Below, piece after piece: positions 27,094 through 35,009 of a stretch of 64,000 bases of DNA. Every line of letters starts with the position of its first letter. Within the stretch, counting starts at the first letter, position 1. The stretch covers positions 293-64,292 of the forward strand of contig JAPPFK010000152.1 of assembly GCA_028823885.1 (NCBI GenBank). Reading direction: 5' to 3'. The stretch comes from Rhodospirillales bacterium. Its GTDB lineage: Bacteria > Pseudomonadota > Alphaproteobacteria > Rhodospirillales > UBA2165. Made by a program: the position numbers and the translations under genes. The notes beneath the pieces were generated by a model. It had not been told where the DNA came from, did not search any database, and worked only from the letters and a program-made list of their open reading frames with translations.

Positions 27094-27840
27094 GCTTCTT
27101 GGGAGACGCCAATCTATAAGGGCCGGCGAATAATTCTCATCGCACCGGCATTTGACGAAGCCGGAAAGATCGAGAAGGTCGCGGAAGCGGTTCCCTACGA
27201 CATCGTCGATACATTTCTCGTCGTCGATGACGGTTCCACGGACGATACCGCGGCATTGGCCCGAGCGGCCGGAGCGCGCGTGATTTCCCACGACAGGCCG
27301 CTCGGCGTGGGAACGGCAATCAAACGCGGCTACCGCGTGGCGCTTGAAGAGAACTTTGATATCGCGGTGGTTATCGCAGGAAACAACAAAGACGACCCGC
27401 GTGAGGTTACACGGCTGCTCGACCCGATCTGTTCCGGAGATTCCGAGTTTGTCATGGGTTCGAGGTATCTGCCCGGGGGGTCATTCGGCGGTGACATGCC
27501 GGCGTATCGCGTGTTTGCAACCAGGTACATCCATCCGCTTATCGTCCGGCTCCTCACCGGCGCGAAGGTCACCGAGACATCCAACGGATACCGGGCAATT
27601 GCCACCAAGGCCCTCCGGGATCCTCGCATACGGTTGGAACAATCATGGTTAAAGGACTATCAGCTGGAAATGTACCTCATCATGAAGGTGCTGATGCTCG
27701 ACGGAATCCGGACCACGGAGGTTCCGATCTCAAAAATCTATCCACCAAAAGAAATCGGCTATACAAAAATGACTCCTGTTATTGGGTGGTGGAAAATGCT
27801 TTATCCCCTATTCCTGATTGGTCTTGGGATTCGAAGGTAG
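27094..27840 (+). CDS. family-2 glycosyltransferase, polyprenyl-phosphate sugar synthase type (DPM1/ArnC/GtrB-like), with start-codon problem
   Basis: The ORF track starts it at TTG 27256. The same frame upstream, however, encodes the GT2 N-terminus RIILIAPAFDEAGKIEKVAEAVPYDIVDTFLVVDDGSTDDTAAL. Codons 27094-27255 contain no ATG, GTG, TTG or CTG. A GTG at 27073 (GTGA overlap with the degT-like stop) is followed by an in-frame TGA at 27091. There is a C-terminal TM helix (VIGWWKMLYPLFLIGLGI). Confidence 0.65.
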   Translation, partial: ASWETPIYKGRRIILIAPAFDEAGKIEKVAEAVPYDIVDTFLVVDDGSTDDTAALARAAGARVISHDRPLGVGTAIKRGYRVALEENFDIAVVIAGNNKDDPREVTRLLDPICSGDSEFVMGSRYLPGGSFGGDMPAYRVFATRYIHPLIVRLLTGAKVTETSNGYRAIATKALRDPRIRLEQSWLKDYQLEMYLIMKVLMLDGIRTTEVPISKIYPPKEIGYTKMTPVIGWWKMLYPLFLIGLGIRR

Positions 27841-28365
27841 GTGGCGGTGGCGGAAGCAAACTTCAGAGATATTGGCATTGTCGATGTGGAATTCGGCGAT
27901 CGGGTCAATGTGGTCCGGCCGGTGAATCTCTATGGCTGCCGAATTGGAGACGACAGCTTCATTGGGCCATTCGTCGAAATCCAACGCAACGCGACGATCG
28001 GGAAGCGGACGCGGGTGCAATCGCACTGTTTCATCTGCGAACTGGTCACCATAGGTGACGACTGTTTCATTGGTCACGGCGTAATGTTCATCAACGACTG
28101 GTTCGATACAGGCAAGCCGGCGTTCAATCAGCCGGAGCTATGGGCGGAAACGATCATCGGCAATACGGTCAGCATTGGCTCAAACGCAACGATCCTGCCG
28201 GTTCATATCTGCGATCATGTCGTGGTTGGCGCCGGTTCGGTGGTAACCCGCGATATCACCGAGCCGGGAATCTATCACGGCAGCCCCGCAAAATTGGTCC
28301 GAACGCTCGACCCGGAAACCGAGACCGCCAACCTGAACTTTTCCCGCCGTCTCAGGCAACAGTAG
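27841..28365 (+). CDS. left-handed beta-helix (hexapeptide-repeat) sugar N/O-acyltransferase
   Basis: 174 aa of imperfect hexapeptide repeats (IGDDSFIGPFVEIQ, IGDDCFIGHGVMF, IGNTVSIGSNATI, VVVGAGSVV). Confidence 0.8.
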   Translation: MAVAEANFRDIGIVDVEFGDRVNVVRPVNLYGCRIGDDSFIGPFVEIQRNATIGKRTRVQSHCFICELVTIGDDCFIGHGVMFINDWFDTGKPAFNQPELWAETIIGNTVSIGSNATILPVHICDHVVVGAGSVVTRDITEPGIYHGSPAKLVRTLDPETETANLNFSRRLRQQ

Positions 28366-28418
28366 GTCCCAATAGGCTTTTGCCGCGGCGCCCGGCCTGG
28401 GGCGCGAGGAGATTGTAT

Positions 28419-28862
28419 ATGACCCGGACCGATCATCCCGACATCGAACCCCTGACCGAAGAGGAGGTGCGGAAATGGCCCAAGGAGGTCATCGTCGCCC
28501 TCACCGAGAAGTTCGAGGATGACCGCGGGGAAATCGTGCCGCTCGTCGACTTGGCGATGAAAAGCGCGGTCTGGATCACCTCCAAGAAAGGCAGCGTCCG
28601 CGCCAACCATTATCATAAGTCCGACTGGCACTTCTGTTATGTGGTCAGCGGCTCCATCGAGTATTACCACCGCCCGCACGGCAGCGGCCAGGAGCCGGAA
28701 ATGGTCCTGGTGAACAAGGGCGAGCTGTTCTTCACGCCGCCGATGGTCGATCACGCCATGGTATTTCCCGAGGATACGGTATTTCTCACCCTCGGACGCA
28801 ACTCACGCAGACAGGAGGTCTATGAGGCGGACGTGGAGCGTATCGACCCGATCAACCCGTGA
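28419..28862 (+). CDS. cupin-fold sugar isomerase/epimerase-like protein (FdtA/WxcM/RmlC-like)
   Basis: Internal ATG 28419 with AGGAG 8 nt upstream. 147 aa with DDRGEIVPL, ANHYHKSDWHFCYVVSGSIEY and the cupin His pattern. Confidence 0.6.
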   Translation: MTRTDHPDIEPLTEEEVRKWPKEVIVALTEKFEDDRGEIVPLVDLAMKSAVWITSKKGSVRANHYHKSDWHFCYVVSGSIEYYHRPHGSGQEPEMVLVNKGELFFTPPMVDHAMVFPEDTVFLTLGRNSRRQEVYEADVERIDPINP

Positions 28863-30121
28863 TCCAGCCGGTTTCCGTGACTTCGAAACACCATAGACGC
28901 GAGACCTGCCGGCTTTGCGGCAGCCGGAATCTGGAACAGGTTCTCTCGCTTGCCCCGACCCCGCCCGCAAACGCGTTCGTTTCCCGCGATGAACTGGGCG
29001 CCGAGCAGCCCTGCTACCCGCTCGACCTGCATTTTTGCAATGCGTGCACGCACGTGCAGCTGCTGGATGTCGTCGATCCCGGGGAACTGTTTTCGAACTA
29101 CGTCTATGTTTCGGGCACGTCGCCGGTATTCGTGGAGCATTTCGAAGAATATGCGATGAACGTCACCAAACGATTTGGCTCCGTCGACGGCCGCCTGGTG
29201 GTGGAAATAGGCTCAAATGACGGAACCCTGCTCGGGTTTTTTCGCGGCCACGGGGCGGAGATACTGGGCATCGACCCGGCGAGGCGGATTGCCGCGCAAG
29301 CCAACGCAAACGGCGTCAAGACACTCGCCGAATTCTTCACCCCCGGCCTGGCCCGGACAATCCGCCGGGAACATGGCGCGGCAAAAGTCGTCGCGGCCAA
29401 CAATGTCCTCGCCCACGCGGACGATCTCGCAGCCATCATCGACGGCGTCGCAACGCTGCTGGCCGATGACGGTGTGCTGGTATTCGAAGTGTCGTACCTG
29501 GCCGATGTCTATCGGCACCTACTGTTCGACACCATCTACCACGAGCATCTGGACTATCATTCCGTCAAACCGCTGGTGCCGTTCCTTGATGCCCGCGGTC
29601 TGTGCCTGACCCGTGTCGAGCGGGTGGCGTCCCATGGCGGCAGCATCCGTTGCTATGCGCAGCCCAAGGCCGCGGGACCCGCCATCCATGCTTCGGTCCG
29701 CCGGTGCATAACGGCCGAGGAAGATCTTGGTTTGGACCGGGCCGGGACCTTCCGGCAATTTGGAGAGCGGATCACCGGCCTCGGATCGCGGCTCCGGTCC
29801 GAGCTCAAATCCATAAGCGCGGCGGGCAAAACCATCGCCGCCTACGGCGCCCCGGCCAAGGCGACGACGTTGATGTATCACTTTCAACTGAGCGCGGCCC
29901 AAATCGAATTCATCGTTGACGACAGCGAATGGAAGCAAGGTTTGTATTCACCCGGATTGCATATTCCGGTCGTGGCAAGCAGTGAGATTTACCGGCAACG
30001 TCCGGACTACCTTCTTGTCCTGGCCTGGAACTTCGCCGATCCGATCATATCCAAGCATCAGGCCTTCCGCGATGCGGGGGGGACCTTTATCGTGCCGCTG
30101 CCGGAAATGAGGCTTATTTGA
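28859..30121 (+). CDS. NDP-sugar C-methyltransferase (TylCIII/NovU-like)
   Basis: 420 aa. N-terminal Zn-ribbon CRLCGS then CNACTHVQL, a class I MT core VVEIGSNDGTLL, and the C-methyltransferase C-terminal domain. GTGA overlap with the upstream gene. Confidence 0.75.
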   Translation: MIQPVSVTSKHHRRETCRLCGSRNLEQVLSLAPTPPANAFVSRDELGAEQPCYPLDLHFCNACTHVQLLDVVDPGELFSNYVYVSGTSPVFVEHFEEYAMNVTKRFGSVDGRLVVEIGSNDGTLLGFFRGHGAEILGIDPARRIAAQANANGVKTLAEFFTPGLARTIRREHGAAKVVAANNVLAHADDLAAIIDGVATLLADDGVLVFEVSYLADVYRHLLFDTIYHEHLDYHSVKPLVPFLDARGLCLTRVERVASHGGSIRCYAQPKAAGPAIHASVRRCITAEEDLGLDRAGTFRQFGERITGLGSRLRSELKSISAAGKTIAAYGAPAKATTLMYHFQLSAAQIEFIVDDSEWKQGLYSPGLHIPVVASSEIYRQRPDYLLVLAWNFADPIISKHQAFRDAGGTFIVPLPEMRLI

Positions 30122-30123
30122 TC

Positions 30124-31185
30124 ATGTCCAGTCATCTTCCAAAATCCGATATACGGGAAATCGTCGACCGGCTTGGTCCCGTCGCCGGGAGCTTTTCCGG
30201 CAAGACGGTATTGCTGACCGGGGGACGGGGTTTTCTCGGCCGCTATTTCTCGGAAGTCTTCAACCGGCTGAACCAGTCGGTTCTCGAGAAGCCGGCAAAT
30301 CTCGTCATCCTGGACAACCTCATTACCGCAGGCGAGGCCGGCCAATCCATGAAAGGCGGCGAGCACGTTCAATTGATCCGGCATGACGTCATCGAGCCTT
30401 TCGAGTTCGACGGCCCAATCGACTACGTGATTCACGCCGCCGGAATCGCCAGCCCGTTCTATTACCGCGCCTATCCCCTGGAAACGCTTGAAGTCGCGAT
30501 CGCCGGCACCCGCAACATGCTGCAACTCGCCGAAGACAACGGAGCGAGATTTACCTTTTTCTCGTCAAGCGAGATCTATGGCGACCCCGATCCCAAACAT
30601 GTTCCCATGGCGGAGAGCTACCGCGGCAACGTCTCCTGCCAGGGGCCTCGAGCGTGCTACGACGAGAGCAAGCGGGTCGGCGAGACCTTGTGTTACATAT
30701 TTCACAACATGCATGGCACCGAAACCAACACCATCCGCCCGTTCAACGTTTTTGGGCCGGGCATGCAGGAGACGGATTACCGGGTGTTGCCCAATTTCGC
30801 CAGCCGGATCAAAGGCGGACTGCCGTTGAACGTTTACGGATCGGGCAATCAGACCCGGACCTTCTGCTATATCACCGACGCCATGGTCGGCTTCCTGCTG
30901 GTGGTCCTCAAGGGCGTGCCCGGCGAGGCCTACAACATCGGAAATCCGGAACCGGAAGTTTCGATGATTGATCTGGTTGAGCGTCTGAAGGGCATTGTCG
31001 GCGAGAGCATAGAGTACAATCTGATCGAGTACCCCGACAGCTACCCCGCCGATGAACCCATGCGCCGCAGCCCGGACATCCGGAAGGCGCGGCTCCAGCT
31101 CGGCTTCAATCCCGAGGTCAGCCTCGACGAGGGGTTGAAGCGTTTTTTCGCATGGACCGATGGGGCCTACACCGGCGGACAATAG
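30124..31185 (+). CDS. extended-SDR NAD-dependent epimerase/dehydratase (UDP-glucuronate decarboxylase-like)
   Basis: VLLTGGRGFLGRYF (GxxGxxG) and catalytic YDESKRVGE (YxxxK). ATG 30124 preferred over TTG 30118. Confidence 0.8.
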   Translation: MSSHLPKSDIREIVDRLGPVAGSFSGKTVLLTGGRGFLGRYFSEVFNRLNQSVLEKPANLVILDNLITAGEAGQSMKGGEHVQLIRHDVIEPFEFDGPIDYVIHAAGIASPFYYRAYPLETLEVAIAGTRNMLQLAEDNGARFTFFSSSEIYGDPDPKHVPMAESYRGNVSCQGPRACYDESKRVGETLCYIFHNMHGTETNTIRPFNVFGPGMQETDYRVLPNFASRIKGGLPLNVYGSGNQTRTFCYITDAMVGFLLVVLKGVPGEAYNIGNPEPEVSMIDLVERLKGIVGESIEYNLIEYPDSYPADEPMRRSPDIRKARLQLGFNPEVSLDEGLKRFFAWTDGAYTGGQ

Positions 31186-31193
31186 TGCGAGAT

Positions 31194-31574
31194 TTATACG
31201 AACGCCGGCGTCTCGGGCCGCGAGAAAATCGCTGCGACTATCGCCGACAAAAGCGCCCTCAGCGCCTCTTCGGCGGTTGGGTAAATCACCGTCTTCTCAA
31301 CGGGCCGCGCCCGATACTGTTCGATGAACATGTCGACCGCGGCCTCCACTTGCCCGGCTGCCGCCTCCTCGCCCGTTGCGGTGAACGCACCCTCGATCAT
31401 GTACCGAGCGCCATGCCCAACCAGCGCCCGAACCCCATCCAGCGCCAAAGCCGGCCGGTCAAACTCGGCCAGCATCCTATTGAGCGCCGCGGCGACATCG
31501 GGAACACTGTCGACAAGGGTGCCGTCGAAATCAAAAACCACGGACGCGCGCGATCCAAGTGCCGGAATAGCCAT
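31194..31574 (-). pseudogene. frameshifted, 3'-truncated duplicate of gph
   Basis: The first 110 aa are identical to gph (6611-7294). The 196-bp deletion then shifts the frame (tail IVAAIFSRPETPAFV), and the last ~38 codons of gph are absent. Confidence 0.85.
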
Positions 31575-31666
31575 TGCAATCCTCAGCCTCCTGCTTATTC
31601 AGATGACAGATCGGTATCGAGCTTTCAAGCGGCGCAAGGCCGCCCAATCCGGAACCTCACTGATCG
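31200..31666. repeat. direct repeat, copy 2 (gph 5' part plus upstream region, 196-bp internal deletion)
   Basis: See copy 1. 31243-31666 is identical to 6963-7386, and 31200-31251 is about 92% identical to 6724-6775. Confidence 0.9.
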
Positions 31667-31700
31667 CTGACCGGTCCATCATTTCAACTGCAGCCTTACG

Positions 31701-32705
31701 ATGATGGCGCTTGGTATCGGATTATTCATTGCCGCCCTCGCCGCCACCTGGTTGGCGACCGGCCTTGTGATAAGGCTACTCAATCGACAGTCGATCCTTG
31801 ATCATCCGACCAATCGCTCGAGCCATACCGTACCGACACCGCGAGGGGGCGGTTTGGCGGTGGTGCCAATCGTTGTCGTGACTTGGTTGATCGCCGTCTG
31901 GATTCTCGGTGACAAATCGCCCGGACCATCGGTTCTGTGGGCCCTGGCCGGCGGTGTTTTACTCGGCTGGGTCTCGTGGCGGGATGATATCCATGGATTA
32001 CCGGTTATCTGGCGCCTGGCGGTCCACATACTTGTTGTCGCGTTGGTACTTTTCTCAACCGAATTTTCCGCATCCTTTACTCGGGGACTGTTGCCGCTTT
32101 GGTTGGAGTATCCGCTTGCCGCGTTCTTACTGCTATGGTTCCTCAACCTGTTCAATTTCATGGACGGTATCGACGGCATATCAGGAATAGAGACGACGTG
32201 TGTGGGCCTTGGCTGCGCGGGCGTCGCTTGGGCTAGCGGAAATCATGAGTGGATTGGCGTCCTTGGTCTCTCCATTGCCGGCGCGGGTATCGGTTTCCTG
32301 AGATGGAATTGGCAACCGGCAAAAATTTTTCTTGGCGACGTTGGCAGCATCCCCCTCGGGTTTTTGCTGGCATGGTTGTTGTTGGCGCTCGCTGCCGAGG
32401 GCGCCTGGGCGGCGGCGCTGATTCTTCCGCTCTATTACCTGGGTGATGCGACGGTAACGATCGTCCGCCGAGCAACCCGCGGCGAACGAATCTGGGAAGC
32501 GCATCGGGAGCACTTCTATCAGCAGGCGGCGCGGCGGGATGGAGGGCATGCGCGGGTTTCCATCGCTGTGGCGATAGCCAACCTGGTATTGATCGGCCTC
32601 GCTATCTGGTCACTGGACAAACCGCTGCCGGCGGTCGCCGCGGCAATCCTCGTCGTCGCGTTGTTTCTCATATACCTTGCCAAATCAGGCCGGCCGGCTC
32701 AGTGA
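31701..32705 (+). CDS. polyprenyl-phosphate HexNAc-1-phosphate transferase (WecA/MraY family), initiating enzyme
   Basis: 334 aa, about 10 TM segments, NLFNFMDGIDGISG motif, HTVPTPRGGG loop. Confidence 0.85.
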   Translation: MMALGIGLFIAALAATWLATGLVIRLLNRQSILDHPTNRSSHTVPTPRGGGLAVVPIVVVTWLIAVWILGDKSPGPSVLWALAGGVLLGWVSWRDDIHGLPVIWRLAVHILVVALVLFSTEFSASFTRGLLPLWLEYPLAAFLLLWFLNLFNFMDGIDGISGIETTCVGLGCAGVAWASGNHEWIGVLGLSIAGAGIGFLRWNWQPAKIFLGDVGSIPLGFLLAWLLLALAAEGAWAAALILPLYYLGDATVTIVRRATRGERIWEAHREHFYQQAARRDGGHARVSIAVAIANLVLIGLAIWSLDKPLPAVAAAILVVALFLIYLAKSGRPAQ

Positions 32706-33940
32706 ATATCCTCTTTCTCACCGAGAATTTTCCTCCTGAAACGAACGCCGCCGCGACGCGGGTCTACGAGCGCGCCGTATACTGGGCTGAATGGGGTCAC
32801 GACGTCACCGTCATAACCTGCGCGCCCAACTTTCCCCACGGCAAGCTGTTCGACGGCTATGCCAACCGTTGGCGGCAGGTCGAGGACATGGACGGCATCC
32901 GGGTCGTCCGGGTCAAGACCTACATTGCCGCGAACCGCGGCGTGGTTCGGCGAACCCTCGATTTCCTGAGTTTCCTGGCGACCGGCACCATCGGCGCGCT
33001 CCGCGAGCCGAAGCCGGACGTCGTCACGGCCACGTCGCCCCAGTTTTTCGCCGCGGTCGCCGGCTGGCTGGTCGGGCTGCTCAAGCGGCGGCCCTTCGTC
33101 TTCGAGTTGGGCGACTTGTGGCCGGTGTCCATCGAGGCCGTCGGCGCAATGAAGCGGGGACCGGCAATCCGGACATTGGAGAAACTGGAGCTGTTTCTAT
33201 ACCGCCGATCGGCCGCCGTCATCGCGCTCACCCATTCGTTCGAGCAAAACCTCACCAGCCGGGGCATCGCGCCCGGGAAGATCAGCGTGATCGTCAACGG
33301 CGTCGATGCAAGCCGCTACCAACCGCGGGACCGCGACCAGGAGCTTGCCCGGGAATGGGGATTGGCCGGCAAGTTCGTCGTTGGCTATGTCGGCACCCAC
33401 GGCATGGCCCATGGTCTCGGCAATGTGCTCGACGCGGCGGAGCTTCTGGCGGACGCGGACGGGATCAGGCTGTTTCTCGCCGGGGCCGGCGCCGAACGCG
33501 ACGCGCTGATCGAGGACGCGAACCGGCGCGGTTTGAAGAATGTCGTGTTCATCCCGCCGCAACCGAAATCCGAGATGCCGCGAATCTGGAGCCTCTGCGA
33601 TATCGCCCTGGTCCACCTGAAAAACAACCCGGTCTTCGCGGGCGTCATTCCGTCGAAGATTTTCGAGGCAATGGCCATGGGACTGCCCATCCTGCTCGCC
33701 GCCCCCGGCGGCGAAGCCACCGCGATCGTCGAGGACAATGGCGCCGGAATATCCGTGCCCGCCGAGGACCCGGCCGCCCTCGCCGCGGCGGCCAGGCGCC
33801 TCGCCGCCGGGGAACAGGAGCGCATGGGCCTCGCCCGGGCCGCGCTGCGAGCCAGCGAGCGCTATAGCCGGGAACGGCAGGCCGCCGAGGTGCTGGAGGT
33901 TTACCGGGCGGTCGGCGCGAGCGGGCCGAACGGCCGGTGA
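32702..33940 (+). CDS. GT4-family (GT-B) glycosyltransferase, WbuB-like
   Basis: MNILFLTENFPPETNAAATRVYERAVYWAEWGHDVTVITCAPNFPHGK is the characteristic WbuB-type N-terminus. C-terminal EAMAMGLPIL (EX7E region). GTGA coupling at both ends. Confidence 0.8.
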   Translation: MNILFLTENFPPETNAAATRVYERAVYWAEWGHDVTVITCAPNFPHGKLFDGYANRWRQVEDMDGIRVVRVKTYIAANRGVVRRTLDFLSFLATGTIGALREPKPDVVTATSPQFFAAVAGWLVGLLKRRPFVFELGDLWPVSIEAVGAMKRGPAIRTLEKLELFLYRRSAAVIALTHSFEQNLTSRGIAPGKISVIVNGVDASRYQPRDRDQELAREWGLAGKFVVGYVGTHGMAHGLGNVLDAAELLADADGIRLFLAGAGAERDALIEDANRRGLKNVVFIPPQPKSEMPRIWSLCDIALVHLKNNPVFAGVIPSKIFEAMAMGLPILLAAPGGEATAIVEDNGAGISVPAEDPAALAAAARRLAAGEQERMGLARAALRASERYSRERQAAEVLEVYRAVGASGPNGR

Positions 33941-34899
33941 GCCGGGTTCTGATCACCGGCGCGTGCGGATTCGTCGGCACCGCGCTCTGCCGCGAACTGC
34001 GCGGCCGGGGACACCTTCTGTCCGGCACCACCCGCGACCCGGCGCGCAGGCAGAGCGGCGACGGCACGCCGCTCTATGTCATCCCGGACATGGACGGCGC
34101 CACGGACTGGTCCCGGGCGGTCAGCGGCGCGGAGGCCGTCATCCACCTCGCGGCCCGGACCCATGTGACCGGCGGGTCGGGCGCCAGGGCGCTCGATATC
34201 TACCGGCAAACCAATGTCGAAGGTTCCCACGCTCTCGCCGAAGCCGCGGCCGCGGCGGGCGTCCGGCAGTTCATCTTCCTGAGTTCCATCAAGGCGGCCG
34301 GCGAGCGGAGCGGCGGGGAAGGTCTCACCGAACAGGCCGAGCCGGCCCCGGAAGACGCCTATGGCCTGTCCAAGCTGGAAGCCGAAAAAGCCGTCCGGGC
34401 GGCGGCCGGCGGACGGATGTCATTGACCATCCTGCGCCCGCCACTGATCTACGGGCCGGGCGTGCGGGCGAACTTTCTCAGGCTATTGGACGCCTGCGAG
34501 GCCCGGCGGCCGCTGCCGCTGGCCGGAATCCAAAACCGGCGAAGCCTGGTTTTCGTCGGCAACCTCGCCCATGCCATCGCCGAATGCATCGACCGGCCCG
34601 AAGCGGCGACGGGGGTTTTTCACATCGCCGACAGCGAACCCATATCGACCACCGGCCTGATCCGGGCCATGGGAGACGCACTCGGCAGGCGGCAGCGGCT
34701 GTTTCCGGTCCCGAAAGCCGTTCTTCGGGCAGTGGGCTCGATCACGGCCCGGCGATCGGCTGTCGACCGTCTCCTGGGGTCGCTGGTCGTCGACGGTTCG
34801 CATTTTCGTTCGGCCCTTGGCTGGACCCCGCCGTACGATTTCGAAACGGGCCTGGCTGAAACCGCGGACTGGTACCGCCGCCGGGAAGCAACGCGTTAG
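33937..34899 (+). CDS. NAD-dependent sugar epimerase/dehydratase (extended SDR)
   Basis: VLITGACGFVGTAL (GxxGxxG), YGLSKLEAE (YxxxK), 320 aa. Confidence 0.8.
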   Translation: MSRVLITGACGFVGTALCRELRGRGHLLSGTTRDPARRQSGDGTPLYVIPDMDGATDWSRAVSGAEAVIHLAARTHVTGGSGARALDIYRQTNVEGSHALAEAAAAAGVRQFIFLSSIKAAGERSGGEGLTEQAEPAPEDAYGLSKLEAEKAVRAAAGGRMSLTILRPPLIYGPGVRANFLRLLDACEARRPLPLAGIQNRRSLVFVGNLAHAIAECIDRPEAATGVFHIADSEPISTTGLIRAMGDALGRRQRLFPVPKAVLRAVGSITARRSAVDRLLGSLVVDGSHFRSALGWTPPYDFETGLAETADWYRRREATR

Positions 34900-35009
34900 G
34901 CCAGTCATGCGAAGAACGGTTTTACTTCAGACTCAATGTGTTATGTATCCATTTGCAGTCGGGCGGACGAGCCTGCGAAGACAACCAATGATCGCCCGTT
35001 GTCGATAAG

